Shown here piece by piece: positions 42,353-51,972 of a stretch of DNA of 59,808 bases. The notes under the pieces are model-generated. The model did no database searches and was not told the origin of the DNA. It was given only the letters and a program-made list of their open reading frames with translations. A program made the translations under genes and the position numbers. The stretch is from Candidatus Norongarragalinales archaeon. Lineage in GTDB: Archaea > Micrarchaeota > Micrarchaeia > Norongarragalinales > DASYRB01. Location: positions 1-59,808 of the forward strand of contig DASYRB010000022.1 in the NCBI GenBank assembly GCA_036004805.1, in the 5' to 3' direction. Positions within the stretch are counted from its first letter, which is position 1. Each line of letters begins with the position of its first letter.

Positions 42353-42979
42353 TTATAACTGTTCGAGCCAAGACAGCTCTTCCTCGATCGTCGTTTCGAT
42401 GCCGTGTCCCGGCAGAACCATGGTTTCTGGAGGTAGTTTCGAGAGCATCGTGAGCGAGTTCATCATCGCGTCATAATCGCCGCCGGCAAAATCGGTGCGT
42501 CCCATGCCTTGGTGGAACAACACGTCGCCGGAGAACAACATTTTCGCGCTCTCCTCGAACAAACAAATGCTACCTGGAGTGTGTCCTGGACGGTGAAGAA
42601 TTTTGAACTTCGCGCGGCCGAGCTGCAGGAAAGACTTGCCATTTACTAGCTCGTCAGGAAATAACGGCGCGACTTGCAGTTCTGCAAGTTCCCAAGGGTG
42701 TCGAAGCGCCTCGGCGTCGAGCTCGCCGACAACCACGCTCGCTCCCGCTTGTTGAAGAATCGATGCGTCGGCGAAGTGGTCAGGATGCGCGTGAGTAATG
42801 ATTACCTTTTTGATGCGCAAACCATTGTTTTGCGCGACACTCATCATTTCCTCGGCCGTTTCTTGAGGCGAGTCGATCACGATCGCGCTGCTGGATTCCT
42901 TGTCTGCCAATAGGTAGCCGTTGGTTTCGAACGGTCCGCCGATGAAGACCTGAAGGTCGAAGTCCTTGAAATGCATCAT
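42353..42979 (-). CDS. metallo-beta-lactamase fold hydrolase (glyoxalase II-like)
   Basis: ITHAHPDHFADA and PGHTPGS. Confidence 0.75.
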   Translation of the reverse strand: MMHFKDFDLQVFIGGPFETNGYLLADKESSSAIVIDSPQETAEEMMSVAQNNGLRIKKVIITHAHPDHFADASILQQAGASVVVGELDAEALRHPWELAELQVAPLFPDELVNGKSFLQLGRAKFKILHRPGHTPGSICLFEESAKMLFSGDVLFHQGMGRTDFAGGDYDAMMNSLTMLSKLPPETMVLPGHGIETTIEEELSWLEQL

Positions 42980-43005
42980 AAAAACAATGGTCAGCCGTCT
43001 TTATA

Positions 43006-43605
43006 GTGGAAATGAAGCTCGCCATCGCCATCATGCTCGCCATCGCCGTCATTCTCGTCGGCTGTGCGCAACAAGCAACCTATGTGCCGCACCAGAACGT
43101 TATGGTAAAGAATTATTCAATCGCGCTCAAGGAAGCCGCGCGTTTGGTGAATGTTTTGGATTCGCGCAACTTGACGCTGCAGGACGTTTCTCTTCTAGGC
43201 GAGAATTTGGATGAAAACTTGCCAGTGATTGATGATTTTCGCGCGTTGCAATACTTCATCGCGCACAACGAGACGAAGCACGTGGGTCACGAAATCCTCG
43301 GCATTCATTATTTCTTGCTGAATGGAAAACTGTTGTTTTGCCCCAGCGACGAGGCGAACCACATCGCGATCTATCTCAAGTACGGAGACAATGAACGCGC
43401 GCAAGAGAAAGAGTCAGAATTCATTACTGCGTATCCGCAGTGGTTCGATAACGCTAACAAAACACGCGCCAAAGTAACCACTGCTTACAAAGACCTGGAT
43501 GCGCTTGATGATGACGTTTCAGAACTAGAGCTCGCTATGATTACTGAAAACTATACGGAAGCGAGGACGGTCGCGCAATGGATTGCCGACCGCGGCTATT
43601 GCTAG
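43006..43605 (+). CDS. putative lipoprotein, hypothetical
   Basis: Signal with the lipobox-like LVGCAQ. Confidence 0.4.
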   Translation: MEMKLAIAIMLAIAVILVGCAQQATYVPHQNVMVKNYSIALKEAARLVNVLDSRNLTLQDVSLLGENLDENLPVIDDFRALQYFIAHNETKHVGHEILGIHYFLLNGKLLFCPSDEANHIAIYLKYGDNERAQEKESEFITAYPQWFDNANKTRAKVTTAYKDLDALDDDVSELELAMITENYTEARTVAQWIADRGYC

Positions 43606-43610
43606 ACGTT

Positions 43611-44930
43611 CTAGAATCCGGCTTGCTTGATCTCGGCGATTTGCGTGGTGCTGGCGCCGAGTTCTTGCAAGAAGCTGTCGCCACTGATTTCCTTGCGCCC
43701 GCCGGTGTATGGCAACATGCTTTCGAAGCGCTTGCGGAACTTTTCATCCTTTGCGGCTTTGCCCATCACGTTGTCGATGAGGAACGGAAACTTCTTGCCT
43801 AGAATTTGCAGCTTGTAAGCAGTAGCGACTTCTTCGCCGAGGATGCTCCAGAGTTCTTGGTCGTATTTTTGCAAGAACTTTTCGCTCGCATCATTCGCCT
43901 TCAACGCTTCCAACGCCACTTTGGCGCCGATGCGTCCGGAAATCATCGCGTTGCCCACTCCTTCTCCCGAGAGAGGATCGATGAGTGACGCGGCGTCGCC
44001 GAGGAAAATGATGCCGTTCGCATAGTTCTTGCGGTGGTACGACGCGACGGGCAGGCTCCAGCCTTTGACGTCTTCGAGCGCGGTGGCGTTCTTGAAGCGT
44101 TCCTTGAAGAGTGGATTGTTGGCGATTTCTTTGAGTTGCGCGTCGCGCAGGTTGATGTTGAGCTTGTTCTTGTCTTCCGTGATCATGCCGAGTCCGACGT
44201 TGACTTCGCCGTTGCCCATTGGAAAGATCCAGAAGTAGCCAGGAATCAAGTGCTTGACCAAGTGAATTTCGATTCTGTCCGTGCAGCCCGTGACTCCTTT
44301 CCAGTATTGTCGCGTGGCGACGATGAAGTGGTCCGGCGGGTTCGTGTTGAAACCGAACTTTTGCGAGAGCGTCGAGTTGGCGCCGTCGCAAGCGAGCACG
44401 ATCTTTGCGTGTAGTGCTTCTTCTTGTCCTTGCTCGTTCTTGCCCTTGACGCCCTTAACGACGCCGTTCTCAATGAGCGGTTCCGTGACTGTGAATAGTT
44501 TGAATGTCGTGGCTTTCTCGGCGTTCGCGTGCAGATAGTTGTCGAAGACTTGTCTGCGGTGCGTGTATCCCGGCGCGGGGTTGCTTCTGTCCGTAACGTC
44601 CACGCTTACCATGGTGCCGTTCGGTGACGAAAGAGTGATGCCGTAGATCTTTTGTCCCGGCAGTTCTGTGTAGCCTTCGTAAATGCCTAGTTCCTTGAGG
44701 ATGGCCGCAGCTTTTCTGCCTTGGGCGTCTCCGCAGATCTTGTCGCGCGGAAACTTGGCCTTGTCGAGTAAGAGAACGTTTTGCTTGCCGAGGGCTTTCG
44801 CGAGGTACATCGAGGCGATGCTGCCCGAGGGTCCGCTGCCGACCACGATTGCTTCCCAGACTTTTTGCGAATCCATTCCTGTCAATAACACCTGCTGCGA
44901 ACTAATGGTTGATGGAAAATAGAACGACAA
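43611..44930 (-). CDS. geranylgeranyl reductase family flavoprotein
   Basis: AIVVGSGPSGSIASMYLA FAD motif and FLGDAASLIDPLSGEG. ATG 44876 is an alternative start. Confidence 0.75.
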   Translation of the reverse strand: MSFYFPSTISSQQVLLTGMDSQKVWEAIVVGSGPSGSIASMYLAKALGKQNVLLLDKAKFPRDKICGDAQGRKAAAILKELGIYEGYTELPGQKIYGITLSSPNGTMVSVDVTDRSNPAPGYTHRRQVFDNYLHANAEKATTFKLFTVTEPLIENGVVKGVKGKNEQGQEEALHAKIVLACDGANSTLSQKFGFNTNPPDHFIVATRQYWKGVTGCTDRIEIHLVKHLIPGYFWIFPMGNGEVNVGLGMITEDKNKLNINLRDAQLKEIANNPLFKERFKNATALEDVKGWSLPVASYHRKNYANGIIFLGDAASLIDPLSGEGVGNAMISGRIGAKVALEALKANDASEKFLQKYDQELWSILGEEVATAYKLQILGKKFPFLIDNVMGKAAKDEKFRKRFESMLPYTGGRKEISGDSFLQELGASTTQIAEIKQAGF

Positions 44931-45104
44931 AATTTATGGGCTGACTCCATTTAAATAGCTCGCACGAGTGCAAGAAAACAGGTGAGAATCCCATGGGTTT
45001 TGACTATACAAGCGGCGAAGGACCTGTAACCGCGTACGTCGTCTGCGGAGAATAAGACCCACCAACTTCTCTCAACTTCAATTTTCCATGGTGGTTTTGA
45101 TTCA

Positions 45105-45413
45105 ATGGCTGACTTTCAAAAAGCTTGCAGCGCGACCGACGTCAAAATGGGCGGTTTGAAGAAGGTCACGGTTGGCGGCAAGCCCATCGTTTTGGCGAAC
45201 GTTGGCGGCAAGATCTACGCGCTCGGTGACACGTGCACGCACCTGAGCTGCAGCTTGAGCGAAGGCTCCCTCGAAGGCAAAGTCTTGAGGTGCCATTGTC
45301 ACGGCTCGCAATTCGACGCAACAAGCGGCGCGGTAATCAGGGGTCCCGCTAAGCAGCCTGAAACTAGTTTCGACGTCAAGATCGAGGGCGGCAACGTCTT
45401 AGTGAAAGTCTAG
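45105..45413 (+). CDS. Rieske [2Fe-2S] domain protein
   Basis: CTHLSC...CHCHGSQF. Confidence 0.8.
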   Translation: MADFQKACSATDVKMGGLKKVTVGGKPIVLANVGGKIYALGDTCTHLSCSLSEGSLEGKVLRCHCHGSQFDATSGAVIRGPAKQPETSFDVKIEGGNVLVKV

Positions 45414-45414
45414 A

Positions 45415-46659
45415 GTGATGGCGAAGCTCAAGCGCGTCGTGGGTCTGGTTGATGCTATCGGAATGGGTTTGGGCGCGATGGTCGGCGGCGGCATCTACGT
45501 CCTTTCAGGCATTGGCGCTGGTCTTGCCGGCCCTGCAGTAATTCTTTCGTTCTTGATTGCTGGCGTTTTCGCGTTGTTCACTGCGTTGAGCGTGACGCAG
45601 CTTGCTCGCGCGATTCCTTTGAGTGGCGCGAGTTATGAGTACGCGCACGAACGCGTTGGACCCCTTGCGGGTTTTTTGACTGGAATTGTTTTCACTTCCA
45701 GCAAGGCTCTTGAGGCGGCGACTGTCGCGCTAGCGCTCGGCGCGTATCTAGCCATTTTGGTTCCTTCAATCCCTGCGGTCGCTACCGCGTTGCTTGTAGT
45801 AGGAATTTTTACTTTCTTGAATTACCGCGGCATCAAGACTTCGGTCGCGGCGACGAACTCGATGGTGCTCGTCAAAATGGGCGCGTTGCTTTTGCTAGTC
45901 CTTTTTGGTTTGAGTGCCTTGAAGACCGGAAACTTTTCGCCTTTCGCGCCGGGCGGTTTTGGCGGAATAATGCAGGCAGCGGCGCTGGTGTTTTTCGCGT
46001 TCACCGGATTCGCAAGAGTCGCGACACTTGGCGAAGAAATTGAGAAGCCACGGGAGAACATTCCGAAAGCATCATTCGTCTCACTCGCGATAGCAACACT
46101 CACTTACCTAGTTGTTTCCGCAGTAGCGATCGGAATTGTTGGCGCGTTTGCATTATCGCAGAGCAGCGCTCCTCTCGCGTTCGCAGCTTCGATGCTTAAT
46201 GTTCCAGGACTTGCAGTTGCACTGGTTGTTGGTGGAGTGGTAGCGACTGCGAGTGTTTGTCTTGGAGATTTGCTTGCCGTTTCGCGCGTGTTGTTCGCAA
46301 TGGGCCGCAACAAAGACTTGCCGCAAAAGCTTGGAGAAGTGCACCGCGGTTATGGCAGTCCTCACGTCGCGGTGATAATTGCGGGAGTTGTTGCTGGTGC
46401 GTTGGTCTTGACGCAGAGTCTCGCGGGTCTAGCGTTGTTCACGAGCTTGACCATCTTGCTGTATTACGCGTTCACGAATTATCTTGCGGCCGCGAAGTTG
46501 AAGAAAGGCGAGCGACAGTTTTCGCCAATGTTTTCGATCGCCGGCGCTGCGGGCTGCTTGCTGTTGTCAGTGTTTATTCCGTTACAGTTCTGGCTTTACA
46601 CGATCGTGATTGCGGCGGCTGGCTTGGCGTACTATTTTTTCGCGGTTAGAAAGAAGTAG
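45415..46659 (+). CDS. APC-superfamily amino acid/polyamine permease
   Basis: About 12 TM helices. N-terminal GMGLGAMVGGGIYVLSG. Confidence 0.7.
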   Translation: MMAKLKRVVGLVDAIGMGLGAMVGGGIYVLSGIGAGLAGPAVILSFLIAGVFALFTALSVTQLARAIPLSGASYEYAHERVGPLAGFLTGIVFTSSKALEAATVALALGAYLAILVPSIPAVATALLVVGIFTFLNYRGIKTSVAATNSMVLVKMGALLLLVLFGLSALKTGNFSPFAPGGFGGIMQAAALVFFAFTGFARVATLGEEIEKPRENIPKASFVSLAIATLTYLVVSAVAIGIVGAFALSQSSAPLAFAASMLNVPGLAVALVVGGVVATASVCLGDLLAVSRVLFAMGRNKDLPQKLGEVHRGYGSPHVAVIIAGVVAGALVLTQSLAGLALFTSLTILLYYAFTNYLAAAKLKKGERQFSPMFSIAGAAGCLLLSVFIPLQFWLYTIVIAAAGLAYYFFAVRKK

Positions 46660-46681
46660 AGAACAAAAAGAAAGAGAAAAA

Positions 46682-46753
46682 GTTGTCAGGCCGCCCATCT
46701 GTCCTCATCCCAGCGGTTTAGGCTGGTTGGTACTCATACGGCTCATCATCCGC
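46682..46753 (-). ncRNA. candidate box C/D sRNA
   Basis: On the minus strand: AUGAUGA (46743-46749), about 12 nt, a CCAGC/GCUGG hairpin, GGAUGA (C'-like), 15 nt, then CUGA (46686-46689). It lies in a convergent intergenic gap. No clear D' box or terminal stem. Confidence 0.35.
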
Positions 46754-46777
46754 GAAAAATAGGGTCGACGGTGTTTT

Positions 46778-47218
46778 TTATTCGAGCTTGCCGGTCAGCC
46801 TGCCGCCGCTCGTGTGGGCAATGCTGCTGGCGGTGTCCGTGTAGGAGATCGTCATATTGATGTTGGTCGAACAGTCGCCAACGCTGCCTGCTGGAAGAGG
46901 GTTCGTGCACGTCAGCGTGGTGCTTTTCGCCCCGCTCGAAAGCGCGAACGGCGTGACGACGCAAGAAGTTCCCTTGATACCGACGCCCGTGACGTTGATT
47001 ATGGACGCGCCGGCTTGGTTTTGCAATTGGTAATCGACGTCGCCGTTGGCGCGCAACGCGAACTCAGAAACAGCTACTCCTGTGAAACCAACAGCGCCCT
47101 TCGTGCAAGGCGTGAAGACGCCGAAGAACCACAACACGCCCGCAATGATCACGATGGCTAGGATGGCCCAGCCGTAAGTGGTCAAGTATTCGAGCGCGCT
47201 CTGTCCTCTCATCTTCAT
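46778..47218 (-). CDS. archaeal type IV pilin-like protein (class III signal peptide), copy 1
   Basis: MKMRGQSALEYLTTYGWAILAIVIIAGVLWFF. Confidence 0.75.
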   Translation of the reverse strand: MKMRGQSALEYLTTYGWAILAIVIIAGVLWFFGVFTPCTKGAVGFTGVAVSEFALRANGDVDYQLQNQAGASIINVTGVGIKGTSCVVTPFALSSGAKSTTLTCTNPLPAGSVGDCSTNINMTISYTDTASSIAHTSGGRLTGKLE

Positions 47219-47243
47219 GGTTGCAATTTAGCATTCGCTGGTT

Positions 47244-47256
47244 GAATTTAAAAACC
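47244..47256 (-). promoter_or_regulatory. TATA-box-like element for pilin copy 1
   Basis: The minus strand reads GGTTTTTAAATTC, centred about 32 nt upstream of ATG 47218. Confidence 0.35.
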
Positions 47257-47349
47257 ATCGGTCACGCGGGGCGGGTTGCAGTGGGGCTTGGTTCGTTGTT
47301 GAAAAGAAAAGTTGGGGGGAGATAGTGGGGCTTTGCTTTTCCGGTTTTT

Positions 47350-47793
47350 TTATTCGAGCTTGCCGGTGAGTCTTCCGCCGCTGCTGTGCGTGATTCCGCT
47401 AACGGTGTCCGTGTAAGAGACGGTCATGTTGATGTTCGTCGCGCAGTCTCCTACTGATCCGGTCGGTATCGCGCTGGCGCACGTCAGGGTCGAGGACTTT
47501 CCGCCGCTGGACAACGTGAATGGCGTCACGCTGCAAGCAGTGCCGCGAATTCCCACGCCGGTGACGTTGATTATTCCGCTTCCGGCCTGGTTTTGCAACT
47601 GGTAGTCCACGCTGCCGGTCGCTCTCAAGGCGAACTCGCTTACCGCGACGCCCGTGAATCCGACCGCGCCCTTCGTGCAAGGCGTGAAGACGCCGAAGAA
47701 CCAAAGCACTCCGGCAATGATGACTATAGCTAGTATAGCCCAGCCGTACGTGACTAGGTATTCAAGCGCACTTTGTGCTCTCATGATTGACAA
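47350..47793 (-). CDS. archaeal type IV pilin-like protein, copy 2
   Basis: MSIMRAQSALEYLVTYGWAILAIVIIAGVLWFF. About 40 aa are identical to copy 1. The likely start is ATG 47784. Confidence 0.75.
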   Translation of the reverse strand: MSIMRAQSALEYLVTYGWAILAIVIIAGVLWFFGVFTPCTKGAVGFTGVAVSEFALRATGSVDYQLQNQAGSGIINVTGVGIRGTACSVTPFTLSSGGKSSTLTCASAIPTGSVGDCATNINMTVSYTDTVSGITHSSGGRLTGKLE

Positions 47794-47856
47794 AACAACG
47801 CGGGACGGCTTTTAAACCCTGTGGACAAAAAAACCCCCCTCGCGATTGCTTCTTCT

Positions 47857-48897
47857 CTAAATGCCCGCGCCGCCAGTGAGCCCCGCGAACGCGCCCCTCA
47901 CCAAGCCCAGCGTGACGAAGAAAATAGCCACCGCGATTCCAGCAAATAACGGCGCAGTCGTAACACCCAAGAGCGCTTTGCCGTTGCGAATCGCGGAAAT
48001 TATCAACGCGCTCACCGCAGCCGTCAACGCGACCGACGCGAGCGCAAAGTTCTGCAGCAACGACGCAGAAACCTGGTTGCCGCCGCTGCTCCTCTTGAAG
48101 CCGGAAACCGGCACGCCCACGCCCGCGCCACCAACTCCCGAACTCGAAAGGTCCGGACCGCCCTGCGTCCGCTTCGAGATCGCCTCGTTCACTTCCGCGT
48201 AAAAAACTGAAATGCCGAACAATATCGGCGCAATGATGACCGCGCTGAAAACAATGAAAATCGCGTACGTCGTAGTGCTGGCCACGATCTCTTTCTTCAA
48301 CATTCTTTCCACCTGCACGTCGCGCGCGGTCGCGTCAAGCAACGGCGCCATCTGTCCTCCCAGACGAATGCCCTCGACAACGAGCTTCACCGCCCTGCCG
48401 ACCACTGGCGAGCGCACTCTATCAACCATGGCGAGTAGTGCTTCGCGCACCGGTTTTCCGCCCAGCGTGTCGGCACTGACTTTCTTGATCTCGTCACTCA
48501 ACGGCCCGAACTCGGGACGCGCGCTCGTCCAGATCGCGTTCTCGAGCGTCATGCCCGCGCGAATATTACTCGCTATCAATTGCAGCGCGTCGGCGAGATA
48601 GTCCTCGATCTTTCTCGCGCGCTGTTCCGCACGCGTAAGCAAGTATCCCTCAGTAATCGCGATGACCAACAACGCGGCCACGAGTCCTGCGGTCAAGAGC
48701 CAAGCGAACTCCAGCGAAGGCAGCAACGCTCTGACGGCGAAGATCGTGACGAGTCCGAGTATGAATGACAACAACACGCTGGCGCCGATGAAGCTCTTCG
48801 GCGTGATGTCTTCGATGCCGCCCTGCTTCATTATTTTCGTGACGTGCGCGACGTAAGACGAAGGCATGAAGCTTGCGAAAACGGCGAAGAAGGGCAT
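47857..48897 (-). CDS. pilus platform membrane protein, T2SSF/TadC/FlaJ-like (C-terminal half equivalent)
   Basis: Polytopic. Cytoplasmic helical domain LADALQLIASNIRAGMTLENAI, typical of T2SS F domains. Confidence 0.65.
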   Translation of the reverse strand: MPFFAVFASFMPSSYVAHVTKIMKQGGIEDITPKSFIGASVLLSFILGLVTIFAVRALLPSLEFAWLLTAGLVAALLVIAITEGYLLTRAEQRARKIEDYLADALQLIASNIRAGMTLENAIWTSARPEFGPLSDEIKKVSADTLGGKPVREALLAMVDRVRSPVVGRAVKLVVEGIRLGGQMAPLLDATARDVQVERMLKKEIVASTTTYAIFIVFSAVIIAPILFGISVFYAEVNEAISKRTQGGPDLSSSGVGGAGVGVPVSGFKRSSGGNQVSASLLQNFALASVALTAAVSALIISAIRNGKALLGVTTAPLFAGIAVAIFFVTLGLVRGAFAGLTGGAGI

Positions 48898-48899
48898 TG

Positions 48900-49787
48900 C
48901 TAGACCGCCGGCCTCCTGCTAGATATGAAGTTGAGAAAGAACAACTGGAAAATCACGAGGCCCGCAAGAATCGCGCCCAGCACTATAGGCGGCAACGGCA
49001 CGTCAAGAAAAGACAAGAGAATGATGAGCATCGTGATGCCCATGCTGGGCATGATGACCGCAGTAAGCATGTAAATCATCGCGAACGGCCCCAGTTCTTG
49101 ACCGTACGCGCGAATCGCGTTGATGCGGTTCGCCGCGAGCTCGTCCAACAAGTTCTCGAGCGCGGTCGCGACGTCGGTGCCGATCTTCAACGCGTTACTG
49201 ATCTGCCACAAAACTTTCCTTAGCTCGGGAGAAGCGGCTTGACTGCTCGCTTCCGCGATCGCGTCGAGATCGCTCACGCCGCCATGAATGCGCTTCACGA
49301 CGTTACGGAACTCTTCGCTCACCGCGCCGTAATCGTCACTGATGCTCACCATTGCTTGGAACAACGCGACGCCACTGCGCAACTCGATCACGAGCTGCCG
49401 CACTGCAGGGATGAGGTCTTTTTCGATCTCCCGCGCTCTACGACGCGCGACTATTTGCGGATAAGCCATCGCGGTAGCGAAAGTAGCCATGAAACCGACG
49501 GCTGGCAGCGTCGCGATGAGCACGTCCAGATTGACGCGCGCGAGAATACTCACTATCGAAAGCAAGAGCGCGAGCACTGCCGCGATGGTGACCGAGTTGA
49601 TGAACGCTGCGGCGGAATAAGTGCGCGAATCGATGGGCGTGTGGCTCTGGCGCAGTGAATCCTTGAGTCCGGGCGCGAAGGCGTTGACGCGTGAACCGAG
49701 CCAGCTGGCGCGTTTCGCCATGCGCAACAACACCTGCGGTGGCAGTATCGCGAACGGTATAACGACGTTCGTCACTTGAGTAGGCAT
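48900..49787 (-). CDS. pilus platform membrane protein, T2SSF/TadB/FlaJ-like (N-terminal half equivalent)
   Basis: LIPAVRQLVIELRSGVALFQAMVSIS T2SS F-like helical domain plus TM helices. Confidence 0.65.
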   Translation of the reverse strand: MPTQVTNVVIPFAILPPQVLLRMAKRASWLGSRVNAFAPGLKDSLRQSHTPIDSRTYSAAAFINSVTIAAVLALLLSIVSILARVNLDVLIATLPAVGFMATFATAMAYPQIVARRRAREIEKDLIPAVRQLVIELRSGVALFQAMVSISDDYGAVSEEFRNVVKRIHGGVSDLDAIAEASSQAASPELRKVLWQISNALKIGTDVATALENLLDELAANRINAIRAYGQELGPFAMIYMLTAVIMPSMGITMLIILLSFLDVPLPPIVLGAILAGLVIFQLFFLNFISSRRPAV

Positions 49788-49802
49788 TTTGTATTAGCCT
49801 CT

Positions 49803-51308
49803 TTAGCGTCCCAAGAGCTCGTCCGCTTTCTTGTTTTTCAGGGACATCGCGACGACGTCTTCCGGATCGCGATAGTAAGACGCGACGATTTTTCCGACGT
49901 CGTTAACGTTCGTGACTTGTTGTTTCTGCATCCATTCCAGCACGGCCTGCTTGTCGTTCAGGTCCTTGATTATTTCCTTGTTCGTGAATCCCGTGTGAAG
50001 GTTGAGTTCCGAAAACAGCCTCACGCTCTCGCCAACTTTTTCCGTGATGTCGCTGCGCGGATTGTATTGGTACAAAGAATTGAGCGGCACGCGTCCTCCC
50101 TCGCTCTCGGAAAACTCGCTCACCTCGAACAATCTCCTCAAGCCCGTGCGTCGCTGTCTATACATCACGAGCACCAGGTGCACGGCGCTTATTTCGGGCT
50201 CGGGCAGGTCGATGGGAGGATTCGTCAATCGCGACTTGACCTGCTGCGCCGTATCGGCGTGCACGGTGCTGTAGACGCTGTGTCCGGTGTGCATCGCTTC
50301 GAAAAGTACTTCCGCTTCGCGCGCCCTGCGAATTTCTCCAAGCACGATGCGGTCCGGCCTCATGCGCAAGCTGTTCACCATGAGGTCAAGCATGGATACT
50401 TCGCCCTTGCCTTCAGGATTCGCTTCCCTCGTCACGAGTGGCGTCCAGTGCAAAAAGTCCGGCAACACCAGCTCGCGCGTGTCTTCGATGCTGATCACGC
50501 GCTGGTTCGTCGGCGTGAAGGCAAGAATGCTGTTGAGGAAGCTCGTTTTTCCGCTCGCAGTGCCGCCACCCACGAGCACGTTCAGCTCGTACTGCACTGC
50601 TTGCCAAATCAGCGCAGCGACCTCGGGAGAAAGCGAGCGCACTTGCGGATCAATAAAGTTAACAATCGTCCAGGGAGTCTCGCGGAATTTTCTTATCGTG
50701 ATGCCGTTGCCTTTGAATGAAATGGGGAAGAGCGTGGCGTTGACGCGGTTGCCGCTCAACAGTCGCGCGTCCATGAGTGGCGTGAGGTTCGTGATCTGCT
50801 TGCCGACCTTGCGTCCGATCGTGCTCGCGTAGTTGTGAATCTGGTCTTCGGAAGGAATGCGGACGTTAGTCTTGAGCCAGCCGAACTTCTTGTGATACAC
50901 GTAAACGGGTCCGCTTGCGCCGTTCACCACGACTTCCTCGAGGTTCGCGTCTGCGAGCAATAGCTCGATTTCGCCGAGTCCGAGCATGTCTTGCGCGAGT
51001 CTTCCGACGAGTATTTTTTCGTAATTCTCGCTGAGCCCGGGCAGTTCGCGTTTGATGATTTGTTTCGCTTTGTCTACGAGTTTGCTGCGGACGTTCTCGG
51101 CTTCGCGCGGCTCGAGGATTTCCGAGAGTCTTATGTCGACGTCTTCGATGATTTTTTCTTTCAATAAGTCGAGCACGGAGCTGGTTGGTTTTTCGAGCTC
51201 GACGTGGCGCAGCTCGTAAGTGTTGATGTATTCGCCGTCCTTCTGCGCGATCTCGACGTCAGCGGGCACCTCGTCGCTCTCTACCTCGTACTGGGCTAGG
51301 ATCTTCAT
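49803..51308 (-). CDS. type IV pilus/archaellum-type assembly ATPase (FlaI/PilB/TadA family)
   Basis: Walker A GGTASGKTSFLNSIL, VISIEDTRELVL and MRPDRIVLGEIR. Confidence 0.85.
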   Translation of the reverse strand: MKILAQYEVESDEVPADVEIAQKDGEYINTYELRHVELEKPTSSVLDLLKEKIIEDVDIRLSEILEPREAENVRSKLVDKAKQIIKRELPGLSENYEKILVGRLAQDMLGLGEIELLLADANLEEVVVNGASGPVYVYHKKFGWLKTNVRIPSEDQIHNYASTIGRKVGKQITNLTPLMDARLLSGNRVNATLFPISFKGNGITIRKFRETPWTIVNFIDPQVRSLSPEVAALIWQAVQYELNVLVGGGTASGKTSFLNSILAFTPTNQRVISIEDTRELVLPDFLHWTPLVTREANPEGKGEVSMLDLMVNSLRMRPDRIVLGEIRRAREAEVLFEAMHTGHSVYSTVHADTAQQVKSRLTNPPIDLPEPEISAVHLVLVMYRQRRTGLRRLFEVSEFSESEGGRVPLNSLYQYNPRSDITEKVGESVRLFSELNLHTGFTNKEIIKDLNDKQAVLEWMQKQQVTNVNDVGKIVASYYRDPEDVVAMSLKNKKADELLGR

Positions 51309-51931
51309 TTCTTGTCTTGTTTCCTCGAGGTGGTTTTGCGGGAGAAGAAGCCGTTGAGGTGTTGGAATATCGATGGCTGCGTGTTGTTTTGTGGCTTGAC
51401 GTGGTCGAGCGAGTCCCTTACTCGCTGTATTCTCGAGACGAATGCGGATTCTTTGTCTTCGAGTTTTTTGCGTTCGGCTTTGAATTGGCGCATTTGTTGT
51501 TCGATGAAGAACAACTCGTGCTTGAACACTTGGAACTGTTCCTGTGTCATGTCGCCTTCGCGCAGTTTTTCGAGATTGCGTTCCGCGTGCTTCAGCTTCA
51601 TCGTTATTTCGTCCTCGGTGAAACGCAGCACGTCGATGCCGCCAAGAATGTCGCGCTCGATGCTTTTCGCTCGCTCCATGAGGTCTTGTTTCGCTTCGCG
51701 TGGCGAGCGCGTCTTGCTGGCTTTCTGCGGCTGTCGCACTTTCGAAATGACGGGTCCGGTGATTCCGAACTGTAGAGTGACGAGTCCCGACTGTTCCATG
51801 AGTGCGGCCATGCGTTCCACTTGCGACGGTAGAAGGCCGAGGGCTTTGCCGGCGCGCGTCGTGCTCACGCTTCCTTCTTTTTCCACTAGCTCCATTAGCT
51901 TGTCGATGACGGTCTCGAGTTTTTCGCTCAT
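51305..51931 (-). CDS. wHTH plus coiled-coil protein of the pilus operon
   Basis: N-terminal VSTTRAGKALGLLPSQVERMAALMEQSGLV. ATGA overlap with the ATPase gene. Confidence 0.4.
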   Translation of the reverse strand: MSEKLETVIDKLMELVEKEGSVSTTRAGKALGLLPSQVERMAALMEQSGLVTLQFGITGPVISKVRQPQKASKTRSPREAKQDLMERAKSIERDILGGIDVLRFTEDEITMKLKHAERNLEKLREGDMTQEQFQVFKHELFFIEQQMRQFKAERKKLEDKESAFVSRIQRVRDSLDHVKPQNNTQPSIFQHLNGFFSRKTTSRKQDKK

Positions 51932-51972
51932 TATGCGAGGTCAGTAACTCTCTCGCGGTTTTTAATAGTCCT

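Larger units (their letters stand above)
46778..47793 (-). repeat. tandem duplication of the major pilin gene (period about 572 nt)
   Basis: The two ORFs align end to end. The 3' ends (TTATTCGAGCTTGCCGGT on the plus strand) and the signal-peptide regions are near-identical at nucleotide level. Confidence 0.7.

Noticed and set aside
44985-45050. A 20-codon ORF (MGFDYTSGEGPVTAYVVCGE) in the divergent intergenic region upstream of the Rieske gene.
   Set aside because: There is no supporting signal, and this is most likely a promoter or leader region.
48897-48902. The two platform-protein ORFs as one FlaJ-like gene broken by a nonsense or frameshift mutation.
   Set aside because: - The ORFs are in different frames.
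- Each has its own start, and they are separated by 2 nt in the manner of coupled genes.
- The arrangement parallels TadB/TadC pairs. A pseudogene cannot be fully excluded.
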